A DNA stretch of 64,000 nt from Candidatus Eiseniibacteriota bacterium (GTDB lineage Bacteria > Eisenbacteria > RBG-16-71-46), in contig CAVZLN010000006.1 of NCBI GenBank assembly GCA_963776245.1, positions 736,001-800,000 on the forward strand. The letters are read 5' to 3'. Positions 37,143 to 49,307 of the stretch are shown piece after piece; the stretch's first letter is position 1; each line of letters begins with the position of its first letter. A model generated the notes under the pieces. The model saw only the letters and a list, made by a program, of their open reading frames with translations, did not search any database and had not been told where the DNA came from. The translations under genes and the position numbers were made by a program.

Positions 37143-37451
37143 GTGGTCGAGTTGCTGGTCCTCGGTGCGCTGGTGCTCGCCGGCGTGATGGTGTTCGGAG
37201 TGCTGGCTGCCGTGGCGTCCATGATCTGGTGGCTGCTGGCGCTCCCGTTCACATTGATGCGGTGGCTGGTCCAACTGCTGGCGGCGCTGTTCGCGCTGCC
37301 CTTCCTGCTCGTGTTCGGGCTGCTGGCGGCGGTGGTGTTCGGCGCCGGGGCGCTGGTGTTCCTCCTGTTGCCGGCGCTGCCGTTCATCCTCATCGCGTGG
37401 GCGGTGTGGGCGCTGATGAATCGGAGGCATCCGGCGGGCGTGACCACCTAG
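37143..37451 (+). CDS. Small very hydrophobic membrane protein
   Basis: AAGGAG RBS before GTG; nearly continuous hydrophobic helices with three ALPF motifs. Confidence 0.65.
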   Translation: MVELLVLGALVLAGVMVFGVLAAVASMIWWLLALPFTLMRWLVQLLAALFALPFLLVFGLLAAVVFGAGALVFLLLPALPFILIAWAVWALMNRRHPAGVTT

Positions 37452-37465
37452 CGCCCGCGATGCAC

Positions 37466-37499
37466 AGGGAGCCGGGGTCCATGGGGGCCCCGGCTCCCT
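37466..37499. terminator. Hairpin between convergent genes
   Basis: AGGGAGCCGGGG...CCCCGGCTCCCT 12-bp inverted repeat. Confidence 0.6.
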
Positions 37500-37517
37500 C
37501 GCTTTCACCCCCTTTGC

Positions 37518-40406
37518 TCAATCGAGCAGGATCGTCCTCCGGATGACGCTCCGCCCCTCGAACGACATCCGCATGAAGTAGAGCCCTGCGGGAAGCCCCC
37601 CGAGATCCGGGACGGCGAGCAGGTGCACACCTGCGGTGAGCCCGTGCCAGGTGTGGCCGGCGACGCGTCGCCCGCTGAGATCGAGCATCTCGGCCTGCAG
37701 ATCCCCATCCCTCGGCAGCGCGAGTTGGAGCCGCGAGGCACGGGTCGCGGGATTCGGGACGAGTCCACGGCTGTCGAAGGCGCCGATCGCCGGCGCAGGG
37801 GGCCGCGGCGCGTCGAGGGCACCGGTCGGGCCGAGCTTGAGCGTGCCGGAGAAGCGCGACGCCCCGCTCCAATCGCTGTGATCGAACGCGGCCCAGAACG
37901 TGGTAGGGCTGCCGTCCGCTGCGCGGGCGATCCACTGGACTTCGAATCTCCCGGTGTCATCAGCGCACGGGAACCAGTAGTCCCCCGGCACATCCGCGCA
38001 CACACACGGCCCATAGGGCCAGTTGTCGCTGGTCAGAACGCCCGTGCGGAGCGTGTCCTCGGGATACCCCCGGATCGACACGTTCCAGATCGTGTCGGCA
38101 TGGGGACTGGAGAAGCTGACCTGGGCCCATTGGCTGTTGCCGTGGACCCGGAACTGACCCCGATCGCTGGACATCTCGTACGTCCGGCCCGCCGAGTCCA
38201 CCTGAAGTGATCCGGAAGGGAGTGCGTCGAGGATGGTCCAGGCCGTGTCCGCCTCTCCGCTCGAACGCGTGGCGATGAATCCCACCTCGTGGGGCACCGC
38301 GACATCGACCGCCTGCTGGGCCCACCGGAATTCCGCGCGCCCCGGGGCGACGGGAACCAGGGCACCCCGCAATGACGGATCGATGAGCGAGAGGACAGGC
38401 ACCTCCCCGTCGGGAGTCTCCCCCGTCACCTCGAACTCGATCCGCTGCGTCCATGTCTCCGCCCGGCGCATCGGGGCGCGCGCCATCACGCGCCACGTCA
38501 CGTCCTGGCGGATCTCGCCTCGAAGGATCGGCGTGCGGTCGTCCGCACGCTGCTCGAATTGCAGCCAGAACCTCGTCGGCAGGCCGTGGAGACTGGTCTC
38601 GTATCGACGTACTCGAAGTTCGGAGCTGGTCCACTCGGCCCCGCCCACGCTTCCGGCGTAGGTGCGAAAGCTCGCGGAGAGGAACGGGCCCGTGAAGATC
38701 GGTGGCCACGGGATCGTGAAGCGACCCAGGGATAGGGCCCCCTCACCGAGTCCGCGCGCGCTGACGCTCCAGGCCTCGACGGGACTTGAGAGTTCCACTT
38801 CGAGCATGTTCGACGAGGACAGGTTTTGCCCGACGTCGGCCCGCAGGATCCGACCGGGCGCTCCGGTCCATGCTTCCGAACGGCCGAGACCCGCGGGATC
38901 GCCCCCCTCGCTCGTGAACGTGGCCGAGAAGTCCCCCGTCACGAGGATGTCGGTCTGGATCGTGTCCGCCTGCAGCGCCGCGTTCGTCGCGATGAAGGTG
39001 ATGGTGTGCGCGCCACTCGAAGCGATGGCGGGGGCCCACACGAAATCCGCGCCCGTTGCGGAGTTGGGCGAGAGCGTCGCCCCCGATGGGAGGCCGGCCG
39101 TCGTGATGGTGACCGCGCGTCCCAGGGTGTCCCGCGCCATGACGGTGAAGCGGAGGGTGTCGCCGTGATGGACGCGACGCGCGATGGGGGCATACATCGT
39201 CACTGGCGCACCGGCATTCACCCGCAGCTCCCCGCGGAACGCGGGCGCCTCGCCGTCACAATGCTGCTCCCACTCGAGCCACACCTCCCGCAGGCTGTCG
39301 ACGGGTCCCATGAACAGCCTGCGGATGCGGAAATGGGTCTCCCGCACACCACATGAACCGGGCTCGAAGTTCGCGTAGAAGATGGCCATGGAATGCATGT
39401 CGTCCGACCAGCGTCTCAGGATCGAGTAGTTTCCGGCCGGCAGGGGCGATCCATCACCGCTCACGTAGAAGTCCCGATAGAGCTCCGGGCCGCCGAAGGG
39501 GAAGAACCTGGCCCCGAAGCCCGACACATAGTTCGATTGATAGGTGGTGGTGCGCATATCGCCCGGGCGCAGCCGGCGGTTCTGCCCGAGCCACGCCCGG
39601 TCCCCGGGTTCGCTGATCGCGTCGAGGAGCGTGTCCCCGTCCACGCGTACCATGGTGTGCGCGGTGTCGGCGTGACCGAACGCATCGGCGGCCGCGAAAG
39701 CGATGCGATGGTCACCCGGCCGGTCGATGGGGGGAGTCCAGGAGAACCGCCCCGTGCCATCGCCACGGTCCACGAAACTCGCGCCGGCCGGCAGCCCGAT
39801 GGCCGTCAGTCCCAGCACGGAGCCTGCGGCTTCCACCACCCGGACATCGAAGGACAGCGCCTGACCGCGACGCGCGCGCTGGCGGAGCGGGGCGTTCACC
39901 GTGACCGTCGTATCGGCATCGAGGCGGATCTCACCGACGGCGATGGAGGAGTTGCCCGAGCACGCCCGCTCGTAGAACAATCGCAGTCGACTCACTTTTC
40001 CCGCGGCATCGAAAGCGATCCGGTGCACGTCGAACCACGTGAACGGATCGTCGCAGGAGAAGCCCGGTCCCACCAACTCGAACGACGGCAGCGTGTCCTT
40101 TGCGGGGAATGTCCTGAGCGCAGGACCCTGCACTCCGGCTTCGAGCTTCCGGCGGCGACCCGCGGCGAGATCGATCGTCCAGGAGTGGGTCGGGGTCCGG
40201 ATCGAGAGCATGAGGGTCTGCGTGTAGTTGTAGTTGCTGAACACGGTGAATGTGGCGGACGGGGGCGAAAGGGCGTAGACCGTGCCGGGGGCCGGTGAGC
40301 TCCCGGACAGGACGCGCACCACGAACAGGGAGTCCGCGGCCAGCGCAACCCCTCCCTGCAGCGAAAGCGCTGCGACGGCGACGAGCACCTGGCGGCACAG
40401 GGACAT
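37518..40406 (-). CDS. Large secreted repeat protein with Ig-like domains and C-terminal FlgD/T9SS-like sorting domain
   Basis: Signal peptide; Ig repeats (GLPAGASF..GTGRFSWTP, GLPSGATL..FVWAP); C-terminus PNPA...LDLSGRRV...LPAGLYFMRM. Confidence 0.8.
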   Translation of the reverse strand: MSLCRQVLVAVAALSLQGGVALAADSLFVVRVLSGSSPAPGTVYALSPPSATFTVFSNYNYTQTLMLSIRTPTHSWTIDLAAGRRRKLEAGVQGPALRTFPAKDTLPSFELVGPGFSCDDPFTWFDVHRIAFDAAGKVSRLRLFYERACSGNSSIAVGEIRLDADTTVTVNAPLRQRARRGQALSFDVRVVEAAGSVLGLTAIGLPAGASFVDRGDGTGRFSWTPPIDRPGDHRIAFAAADAFGHADTAHTMVRVDGDTLLDAISEPGDRAWLGQNRRLRPGDMRTTTYQSNYVSGFGARFFPFGGPELYRDFYVSGDGSPLPAGNYSILRRWSDDMHSMAIFYANFEPGSCGVRETHFRIRRLFMGPVDSLREVWLEWEQHCDGEAPAFRGELRVNAGAPVTMYAPIARRVHHGDTLRFTVMARDTLGRAVTITTAGLPSGATLSPNSATGADFVWAPAIASSGAHTITFIATNAALQADTIQTDILVTGDFSATFTSEGGDPAGLGRSEAWTGAPGRILRADVGQNLSSSNMLEVELSSPVEAWSVSARGLGEGALSLGRFTIPWPPIFTGPFLSASFRTYAGSVGGAEWTSSELRVRRYETSLHGLPTRFWLQFEQRADDRTPILRGEIRQDVTWRVMARAPMRRAETWTQRIEFEVTGETPDGEVPVLSLIDPSLRGALVPVAPGRAEFRWAQQAVDVAVPHEVGFIATRSSGEADTAWTILDALPSGSLQVDSAGRTYEMSSDRGQFRVHGNSQWAQVSFSSPHADTIWNVSIRGYPEDTLRTGVLTSDNWPYGPCVCADVPGDYWFPCADDTGRFEVQWIARAADGSPTTFWAAFDHSDWSGASRFSGTLKLGPTGALDAPRPPAPAIGAFDSRGLVPNPATRASRLQLALPRDGDLQAEMLDLSGRRVAGHTWHGLTAGVHLLAVPDLGGLPAGLYFMRMSFEGRSVIRRTILLD

Positions 40407-40567
40407 GGTGGATCGCCTCGCGTGATCGGTGCGGATCCAGGGGGCGGTGGTGAAGCCCGACCGGGAGTGTAACCCGGCGGGGCACACTTGCGCGCACCCG
40501 CACTCATCCCGCATTCTCCTTCGCCGCGTCCGCACCTTCCCCCCACTCGAACATCACGAGGATCGCG

Positions 40568-42244
<1,677 letters not shown>

Positions 42245-42337
42245 GGCGGCCGGCCGCTCCGGGGCGGTTCCGGCCCCCCCGCATCCTTCGGCCTGCTTCG
42301 TGTCTCCCACGGTCGGACCTGTGAGGAGACCGCCGAT

Positions 42338-43162
42338 ATGAAGACCATGACCCACGAGATCAGCGACTTCCAGACCGACGTCATCGAGCGCAGCCGGACG
42401 ATTCCGGTGCTGGTGGACTTCTGGGCCGCCTGGTGCGGGCCGTGCCGCGCGCTCGGGCCGGTGCTCGAGCAGCTCCTCGGCGAATCCGGCGGCCGCTGGG
42501 CGCTGGCCAAGGTGGACACCGAGGCGCATCCGGAGCTGGCGCGGCGGTTCGGCATCCAGAGCATCCCGAACTGCAAGCTGTTCATCGACGGCGCGGTGTT
42601 CGACGAGTTCACCGGCGCGCTCCCCGCCGGTGAGTTGCGCCGCTGGCTCGACGACGCTCTCCCCGCGCCGGGCGCCGCGGCGGTGGCGGAGGCCTCGGCG
42701 ATGCTGGCCGAAGGACGCTTCTACGAGGCCGCGCTCGGCCTGCGCGCGGTGCTCGAGCGCACCCCGGCGGACCATGCGGCTCGCGTGGTGCTGGGCCAGG
42801 CGCTGCTGCGGCTCGACCCCGCAGGGGTGAACGCGGCGCTGCAGGGGATCGATGAAGACTCCGCCGAGCGCGAGCGCGCCGACGCGCTGCGCACGCTCGC
42901 CGCTCTCGCGCTCCACGCCGAAGCGCCCGAGACGCTCCCCGACGGCGCCGCCCGGGCGCACGTGCTCTCGGCGTCGCGCGCGCTGCGCGGGGGCGACTGG
43001 GACGGAACGCTGGCCGCGTTGATCGACGCGATGCACGCGGAACGCGGGTACGCCGGCGGCATGGCGCGCGAAGCCGGCCGCGCCGTCTACCGGCTGCTGG
43101 GCATCCAGCACCCGGCGTGCGACCGCCACCACCGGGCGTTCGCGAGCGCCATGAACGTGTAG
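42338..43162 (+). CDS. cnoX: Thioredoxin-TPR chaperedoxin (YbbN/CnoX family)
   Basis: GAGGAG RBS; VLVDFWAAWCGPC, FGIQSIP, C-terminal TPR helices. Confidence 0.85.
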   Translation: MKTMTHEISDFQTDVIERSRTIPVLVDFWAAWCGPCRALGPVLEQLLGESGGRWALAKVDTEAHPELARRFGIQSIPNCKLFIDGAVFDEFTGALPAGELRRWLDDALPAPGAAAVAEASAMLAEGRFYEAALGLRAVLERTPADHAARVVLGQALLRLDPAGVNAALQGIDEDSAERERADALRTLAALALHAEAPETLPDGAARAHVLSASRALRGGDWDGTLAALIDAMHAERGYAGGMAREAGRAVYRLLGIQHPACDRHHRAFASAMNV

Positions 43163-43166
43163 CGGC

Positions 43167-44432
43167 TCATCTCCCCCAATTCACGCCCAGGCTCGCCTGC
43201 CAGCCGGTCACGTCGTAGTCGGGCCGGTGGATCAACCGCTTGAACTCGGCGTACACCTGTTCCTCCTGGGCGTTCTTCGGATCGGCGTCATCGCGGAAGC
43301 GCCCGGGTCGGGTCTGAAGCCACCGGGCCTCGAGGGTCCCGTGGAAGCGGTCCCAGACGTGGAACTGGTAGCCCGCCACGAACGTCAGACCGTAGCTGTA
43401 GTACGCGGCAGTGGTCTGGACGTCGAGCGTGTCGAGCGAGGGATACACGGCGCGCAACCGGATGCGCTCGTCGTTCTCGATGAACGCGAGGCCCAGGCCG
43501 TAGTACGCGCCGATAGCCCGCGTCCAGTCGCCGCCGCGCCAGCGGCGCAGCACCTCGATCGTCGCGGGGACGCTGAGCACGTCCATGGAGTTCTTCTCCA
43601 GCTTCACGGAGGGGTCGATGACGTCCACCTTCGTGCGCGCGGTCGAGAAGCTGAGCCCCGCGCGCCCGGCCCAGCACGGCCGGAACCAGTAGGTGTAGTC
43701 GAGCTTCACGCCGTCGAGCGTGCCGTAGAGGCGGTTCATCTCGGACGCGGTCAGTTGGTGGCTGACGCCGGACCCGCCGACGAATCCGCGCCACGGCCCG
43801 TAGGGACTCGCACGCTTCCAGCCGGGCGTCGACGCGGGCCCCTGCGGCGCTCCAGGTGTGGACGCGGTCGCGGTCGCGAGTTCCTCGACCAGCGCCTTGA
43901 CCAGGTTGGATCCCGCTTCCTGCGCGGCCTGCTCCGGCCTCGCCGGGCCGGAGAACTTCCCCTCCTTCACGAACCGCAGCAACTCACGCCCCGTGCGCGT
44001 GTCGGTGCACACGAAACGCGCCTGCACACGTGCCCGCGCGCCGAAGAAGCGCGCGAAGGTCGAGGGTACGTCGATATGGGTGATGGTGGTGTGGATGTCC
44101 ACCTGTTGCGGCTCGGTCGCCGGACGCTGCGCGTCGGCCGCGGCGCCAGCTGCGGTCGTGTCGGCTGGCGCGGCGGCCGCGGCCTCCCCGACCCATTGGA
44201 AGATCCCTCGCTTGCGGAGCCGATCGATGGCGCGAGCGCGCAGCATGACCTCGAGCCCGCTCGCGTAGCCATGGTCGGCCGCGTAGCGCTCCACCACGAC
44301 CGGGGCGACCCCGGCCTCGGTGTAGGCGGCGAGCCTGCCCGCGGTCGACTCGGCGGACGCGGGGCTGGGGGTCGGGAGCAGTGCCGCGGCAAGGCCCAGC
44401 GCCTGAGCGAACCACATGCGCGGAGTCGGCAT
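43167..44432 (-). CDS. Exported protein with N-terminal alpha/beta domain and C-terminal outer-membrane beta-barrel
   Basis: GAGGAGG RBS; signal peptide; alternating aromatic strands (AYYGLGLAF, GLTFVAGYQF, WQASLGVNW). Confidence 0.65.
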   Translation of the reverse strand: MPTPRMWFAQALGLAAALLPTPSPASAESTAGRLAAYTEAGVAPVVVERYAADHGYASGLEVMLRARAIDRLRKRGIFQWVGEAAAAAPADTTAAGAAADAQRPATEPQQVDIHTTITHIDVPSTFARFFGARARVQARFVCTDTRTGRELLRFVKEGKFSGPARPEQAAQEAGSNLVKALVEELATATASTPGAPQGPASTPGWKRASPYGPWRGFVGGSGVSHQLTASEMNRLYGTLDGVKLDYTYWFRPCWAGRAGLSFSTARTKVDVIDPSVKLEKNSMDVLSVPATIEVLRRWRGGDWTRAIGAYYGLGLAFIENDERIRLRAVYPSLDTLDVQTTAAYYSYGLTFVAGYQFHVWDRFHGTLEARWLQTRPGRFRDDADPKNAQEEQVYAEFKRLIHRPDYDVTGWQASLGVNWGR

Positions 44433-44609
44433 CGCGCATCCCTCCTCGGCCTTCGCGACACACCCCCTGCGGACGCGTGTGACGGGGATGAGCGATTCCT
44501 GTCGCGCGCACGCGAGCCTACCTCCGGCCCGCCCCGCAGCACAAAGGCCTCCCCCGCCCACGACACCCGCCGGCGCACGTTCACCGCCCGGCGCGCGGCG
44601 CCCAAACGA

Positions 44610-44641
44610 CGACCGGCCGGAGCGTGAGCCCCGGCCGGTCG
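44610..44641 (-). terminator. Intrinsic terminator-like hairpin after the OMP gene
   Basis: CGACCGGCCGG...CCGGCCGGTCG followed by TCGTTT on the minus strand. Confidence 0.55.
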
Positions 44642-44666
44642 CGGTGTGCAGAGGACCGAGTTCGGA

Positions 44667-45219
44667 CTACTTCTTCGCCATCCCGAATCCGACCTTGGCG
44701 GCGACCGAGATGAGGTTGGTCGACTCGCCTTCGGTCTGGATCATGTGGTAGGCACCGACCAGGCCGAGCGTGTACTTCGGGCTCATCTCGTAGTCGTATC
44801 CGACGCCGACATTGAAGCCGAACTTGCTCTTGCTCTCGTCGAAGCCGCCGGGGGTGACGTCGAGCTTGGCCTTCACGTTGTAGAGGCCGACGCCAGCCTT
44901 GATGTACGGCATCTGCTTGGCGTCCGACATCGGGAAGTTGTAGGTGGAGAACGCGACACCGGCATGATGCGTCCAGGTCAGGTTGTCCTCGACCTCGCCC
45001 TTGAGCGAGAAGAAGCCGGCCTCGATGCCGACGGCGCAGTACTTCGCCACGCCATACGAGCCGAACAGCGGTGCCGCCGAAGCCGGTCTTGAGCCCTCGC
45101 CGGCGTTACCGGTCGGCATCGCACGACGCCGACACGCCGAACCAGGTGTCACCGACCGCCGCGAACGACACGCCCGCCACGAGCATGAGCAGTCCGGCCA
45201 GGATCGCGATCTTCCTCAT
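44667..45219 (-). CDS. Small OmpA/OmpW-like outer-membrane beta-barrel protein (frameshifted)
   Basis: AAGGAGGTG RBS; MRKIAILAGLLMLVAG signal; PYIKAGVGLY, KFGFNVGVGYDY, ISVAAKVGFG. Confidence 0.8.
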
Positions 45220-45416
45220 TCCTCACCTCCTTGTTAAGGGTCCGTCTCCAATCCCACGGTAACTCAACGCGGCGGGACGCTAGCCGAAGCCCAGCCCGCC
45301 GTCAATGCCACCGGATGCGTGGCGGGGTCGGTTCTGACCGAGTGATCAGGTTGCGGGGCTTGTGTTACGGCAATGAAAGGGGGCCTGACGGGGGATCCAC
45401 CATCCCGGCCGGTCCG

Positions 45417-46240
45417 TCATGGCCGCTTGATTCCCTCCGCAACGACATCGCGTACCAGAGTGCGGCGTCCGGGCAGACGTCCCCACTCGCGCAACCGCTC
45501 GACCGCCCGGTCCACGGTCGCGCCGGCGAGCAGGCCGGCGGCGAGGATCGCCGGGCGGGCCCCGGCCAGGATGTGGGCGAGGTTCTCGACCAGGTCCGCG
45601 AACGCGGGCTCCCCGGCACAGGCCCCGAACCACACCCAGGTACAGCGCCGCGGGCGGGCTCCCGCGGCGTGCAGGAGCTCCACCAGCCGCCGGCCCACGA
45701 TCGGGTCGCGACCGGCGCGCGAATAGGTGTGCTGGTAGGCGGCCCATACCTCGGCGAGCCCGCCGGGCTCGGGCCACGGCGCAGCACGTCGTGGTCGTCG
45801 TCGGCGAGCACGATGCGCCCGCCCGGCCGCACCGCCCCCACCAGCGCGCGCGCCACCGCGAGCGGATCGGGGACGTGCTCGAGCACGAAGCGCGCGTGCG
45901 CCAGGTCGAACGCTCCCCATTCCGCCTCGCCGAGCGGTGGTGCCAGGGCATCGCCGGCGCGCAGCTCGACCAGGTCGGCCTCGCCCGCCGCCTGGGCCTG
46001 GCGCCGCGCCTCGGCGAGCTGCTCGGGGCTGCGCTCGATGCCGAGGGCGCGCACGCCGGTGGCGCGCGCCAGGTCGCGCGTCAACTGGGCCAGCCCACAG
46101 CCCAGGTCGAGCACGCGCTCGCCCGGGCGCGGCCCGATCTCACGCAGCGAGGCGGTGTTCATCAGGGCGTTGAGCCGGGTGAGCCGCGCCTGCTCGGCGG
46201 GGTCGGTGCCGTGCACGTAGTGGGCGTCGCGATCGGACAT
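45417..46240 (-). CDS. Class I SAM-dependent methyltransferase (frameshifted)
   Basis: YVHG..EQARL, RVLDLGCG, FDLAHARFVLEHVPDP, VRPGG. Confidence 0.85.
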
Positions 46241-46467
46241 GCGCGCAGGGTGGGACGCGGCGGACGCAGCGTCAAGGCCCCGGCCTTCGAGCAGGCTCCG
46301 GCCTTCCGCCGGCGGAAGTCCGGCCGGGGGTTCGACATTGACCGCGCCCGGCGCCCCGCCTAGCCTCGCGCGGTGGCGCGGACCCGCTCCAGGCCCGCGC
46401 GTCCCTCCCACGATCCTCCCACGACCGCGTGGCGCGCCACGCTCGACCCTCGACCGATGAGGTGCCC

Positions 46468-47085
46468 ATGGACGCCTCACCCACGCCCGACGCCCACGGC
46501 TCCGCCGACGCCACCTGCGCCCGCTGTGGCCGCAGCCTCGCGCCGGCCGAGCGGATCGCCGCCGGCGACCGCGTGTTCTGCGCGTCGTGCTACGAGACGC
46601 TGCGCGAGGAGCTGCGCCAGGCGGTGACGGCGATGTCCACCGACATCCCCTATTCCGCGGCCACGCTCGGCGCCGTGCTCGGGGGCGTCGGCGGCGCGCT
46701 GGTGTGGTGGGGCTTCACGGCGCTCACCCACATCGCGTTCGGACTGGTGGCGATCGCCATCGGCTTCCTGGTGGGCCACGGCGCGCTGCGCTTCGCGGGC
46801 GGCAAGCGCTCGGTCGCCCTGCAGGCGATCGCAGTGACGGTGTCGATCCTGAGCTTCGCGCTCGGCACCTACCTCGTGAACCGCACCTTCGTGAACCAGG
46901 CGCTGGCGAAGAGCGGCGCGAGCTTCCGCGTCGACCTGGTGCCGCAGAGCGCGGAGTTGTTCGGCCGCGTGATGAGCGTGAACCTCGGGATCATGGACGC
47001 GGTGTTCCTCGCCATCTGCGTCTATCAGGCGTGGACCCTCACCCGCCCGATCCGGCTGCCGGGGCTGGAGGCGCCGCGCGCGTGA
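46468..47085 (+). CDS. Membrane protein with N-terminal zinc ribbon
   Basis: CARC...CASC followed by about four TM helices. Confidence 0.75.
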   Translation: MDASPTPDAHGSADATCARCGRSLAPAERIAAGDRVFCASCYETLREELRQAVTAMSTDIPYSAATLGAVLGGVGGALVWWGFTALTHIAFGLVAIAIGFLVGHGALRFAGGKRSVALQAIAVTVSILSFALGTYLVNRTFVNQALAKSGASFRVDLVPQSAELFGRVMSVNLGIMDAVFLAICVYQAWTLTRPIRLPGLEAPRA

Positions 47086-47958
47086 GCCCGCACCCGCCGG
47101 AGGAGGAGCGCCACCTCGAGAACCTGCGCGCGGTCGCCGAGAGCCTGCGCCGGCCCGCCGCGCCGCGGCCGGGGGTCGGGTCGGACGCGCATCCCTCGCA
47201 CCGCGGCCGCAACACCGCGCTCGGCGGACTGGTCGCGGGCGCGGCGTTCCTGCTCGGCAAGCTCAAGCTGGTGGGGTTGCTCGCGGGGGTGCTCGAGTTC
47301 AAGACCCTCGCGACCATGCTGCTCTCGATCGGCGTCTACGGGATGGCGTGGGGGCTGCCGTTCGCGACCGGCTTCGTGCTGCTCATCTTCGTCCACGAGC
47401 TCGGCCACGCGCTGGTGATGCGGCGCGAGGGCATCCCGGCCGGGGCCCCGGTGTTCATCCCGTTCGTGGGCGCGATCATCTCGATGCGCGGTCGGCCGCG
47501 CGACGCCGCGGTCGAGGCGCGCGTCGGTCTCGGCGGCCCGGTGCTGGGCTCGCTCGCGGCGTGGGTGGTGATGGCGGTGGGCCTCGCCGCCGGGAAGCCC
47601 ATGCTGGTCGGACTCGGCCACGTCGGCGCGCTGGCTCAACCTCTTCAACCTCGTCCCGGTCTCGCCGCTCGACGGCGGCCGCATCGCCGGCGCGTTCTCG
47701 CGCACGTTCTGGATCGTGGGCTACGCGCTCGGACTGGTGGTGCTGGTGCGTCATGCCCTCGCCGATCCTGTTGCTGGTGATGGCGGTGGGACTGTGGACG
47801 CTGTGGCAGCGCTGGCGTCATCCGGTCCCCGGCTACGACTCGATCCCGCGCGGGCAGCGGCTGGCGATCGCGCTGGCGTACGCGGCGCTGGTGGTGGCGC
47901 TGGTCGCCACGCTCGCGGTCCCGGTGGCGGAGCGCCGACGCTTCCGCGCGCCTCGTGA
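47082..47958 (+). CDS. Site-2 protease (M50) family metalloprotease (frameshifted; 3' end approximate)
   Basis: VHELGH, FIPFVGA, GGP, and NLFNLVPVSPLDGGRI in a shifted frame; GTGA overlap with the upstream gene. Confidence 0.87.
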
Positions 47959-47974
47959 GCGCACGGCGCGGGCG

Positions 47975-48004
47975 TTGACGCCCGCGCGCGCGCGCTCCTA
48001 TCCT
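47975..48004 (+). promoter_or_regulatory. sigma70 promoter of ispG (probably leaderless)
   Basis: TTGACG-18 nt-TATCCT, ATG 8 nt later, no SD. Confidence 0.6.
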
Positions 48005-48012
48005 CGCCGCCC

Positions 48013-49277
48013 ATGCCCATCATCCAGATCGAGGACACGCGCCAGAAGGACCGCCGCGCCACGCCCACTTGCTGGGTGGGCCGCGTCCCGCTGGGCGGGC
48101 GCCACCCGGTGGTGGTGCAGTCCATGACCAACACCGCCGACCGAGGACGCCGCCGCCACCGCGCGGCAGGTCGCCGAGCTGGCCGCCGCCGGCTCCGAGC
48201 TGGTGCGGGTCACGGTCAACACGCGCGAGGCCGCCGCGGCGGTGCCCGAGATCCGCCGCCGCCTGCGGGACGCAGGGCGTCGAGGTGCCGCTGGTGGGCG
48301 ACTTCCACTACAACGGCCACACGCTGCTCGCCGAGTACCCGGAGTGCGCCGCAGCGCTCGACAAGTACCGCATCAACCCGGGCAACGTGGGCGTGCGGCG
48401 AGCAGCACGACGAGAACTTCCGCCGCATGATCGAGGTCGCGGTCGGCGCACGCCAAGCCGGTGCGCATCGGCGTCAACTGGGGCTCGCTCGACCGCGCGC
48501 TGCTCACCCAGCTGATGGACGACAACGCGCGCCGGCCGCGAGCCGCTGCCGGACCGCGAGGTGGTGCTCGAGGCGCTGCGCGAGAGCGCGCTGCGCTCGG
48601 CGGCGCTGGCCGAGCGCTTCGGCCAGCCGCACGACCGCATCGTGCTGTCGGCCAAGGTCAGCGGCGTGCGCGACCTGGTGCAGGTCTACCGCGCGCTCGG
48701 CCGCCGCGTGCGACTACCCGCTCCATCTCGGCCTCACCGAGGCCGGGCTCGGCACCAAGGGCATCGTCGCCACCACCGCGGCGCTGTCCGACGCTGCTGT
48801 TCGAGGGGATCGGCGACACCATCCGCACCAGCCTCACCCCCGCGCCCGGGCGGCGACCGCGCCGAGGAGGTGCGGGTGTGCCAGCAGATCCTGCAGTCGC
48901 TCGGGCATCCGCGACTTCACGCCGCAGGTGACCGTCGTGCCCGGGGTGCGGGCGCACCACCGCACGTTCTTCCAGGAGCTCGCGGACGCAGGTCACCGCG
49001 CACCTCGCCGCGCGCATGCCGGCGTGGCGCACGCGCTACCCCGGCGTGGAGGAGTTCCGAGGTGGCGGTGATGGGCTGCGTGGTGAACGGCCCCGGCGAG
49101 AGCAAGCACGCCGACATCGGCATCTCGCTGCCGGGCACCGGCGAGGATCCGCGCGCGCCGGTGTACGTGGACGGGCAGCTCGCAGGTCACGCTCAAGGGC
49201 GACCACGCATCGCGGAGGACTTCGCCCGGCTGCTCGACGAGTACGTCGAACGCCGCTTCGGCGGCCCGCCCGCCTGA
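48013..49277 (+). CDS. ispG: (E)-4-hydroxy-3-methylbut-2-enyl diphosphate synthase (many frameshifts)
   Basis: [70 protein letters not shown]. Confidence 0.93.
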
Positions 49278-49307
49278 GGCGGCGGGGGGCCGCTGAAGCC
49301 CCGCGGG

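Noticed and set aside
48013..49277. ispG, acnA, kdpC, kdpD etc. as pseudogenes or programmed frameshifts
   Set aside because: Multiple scattered 1-bp indels without slippery-site context; motifs intact; consistent with sequencing error
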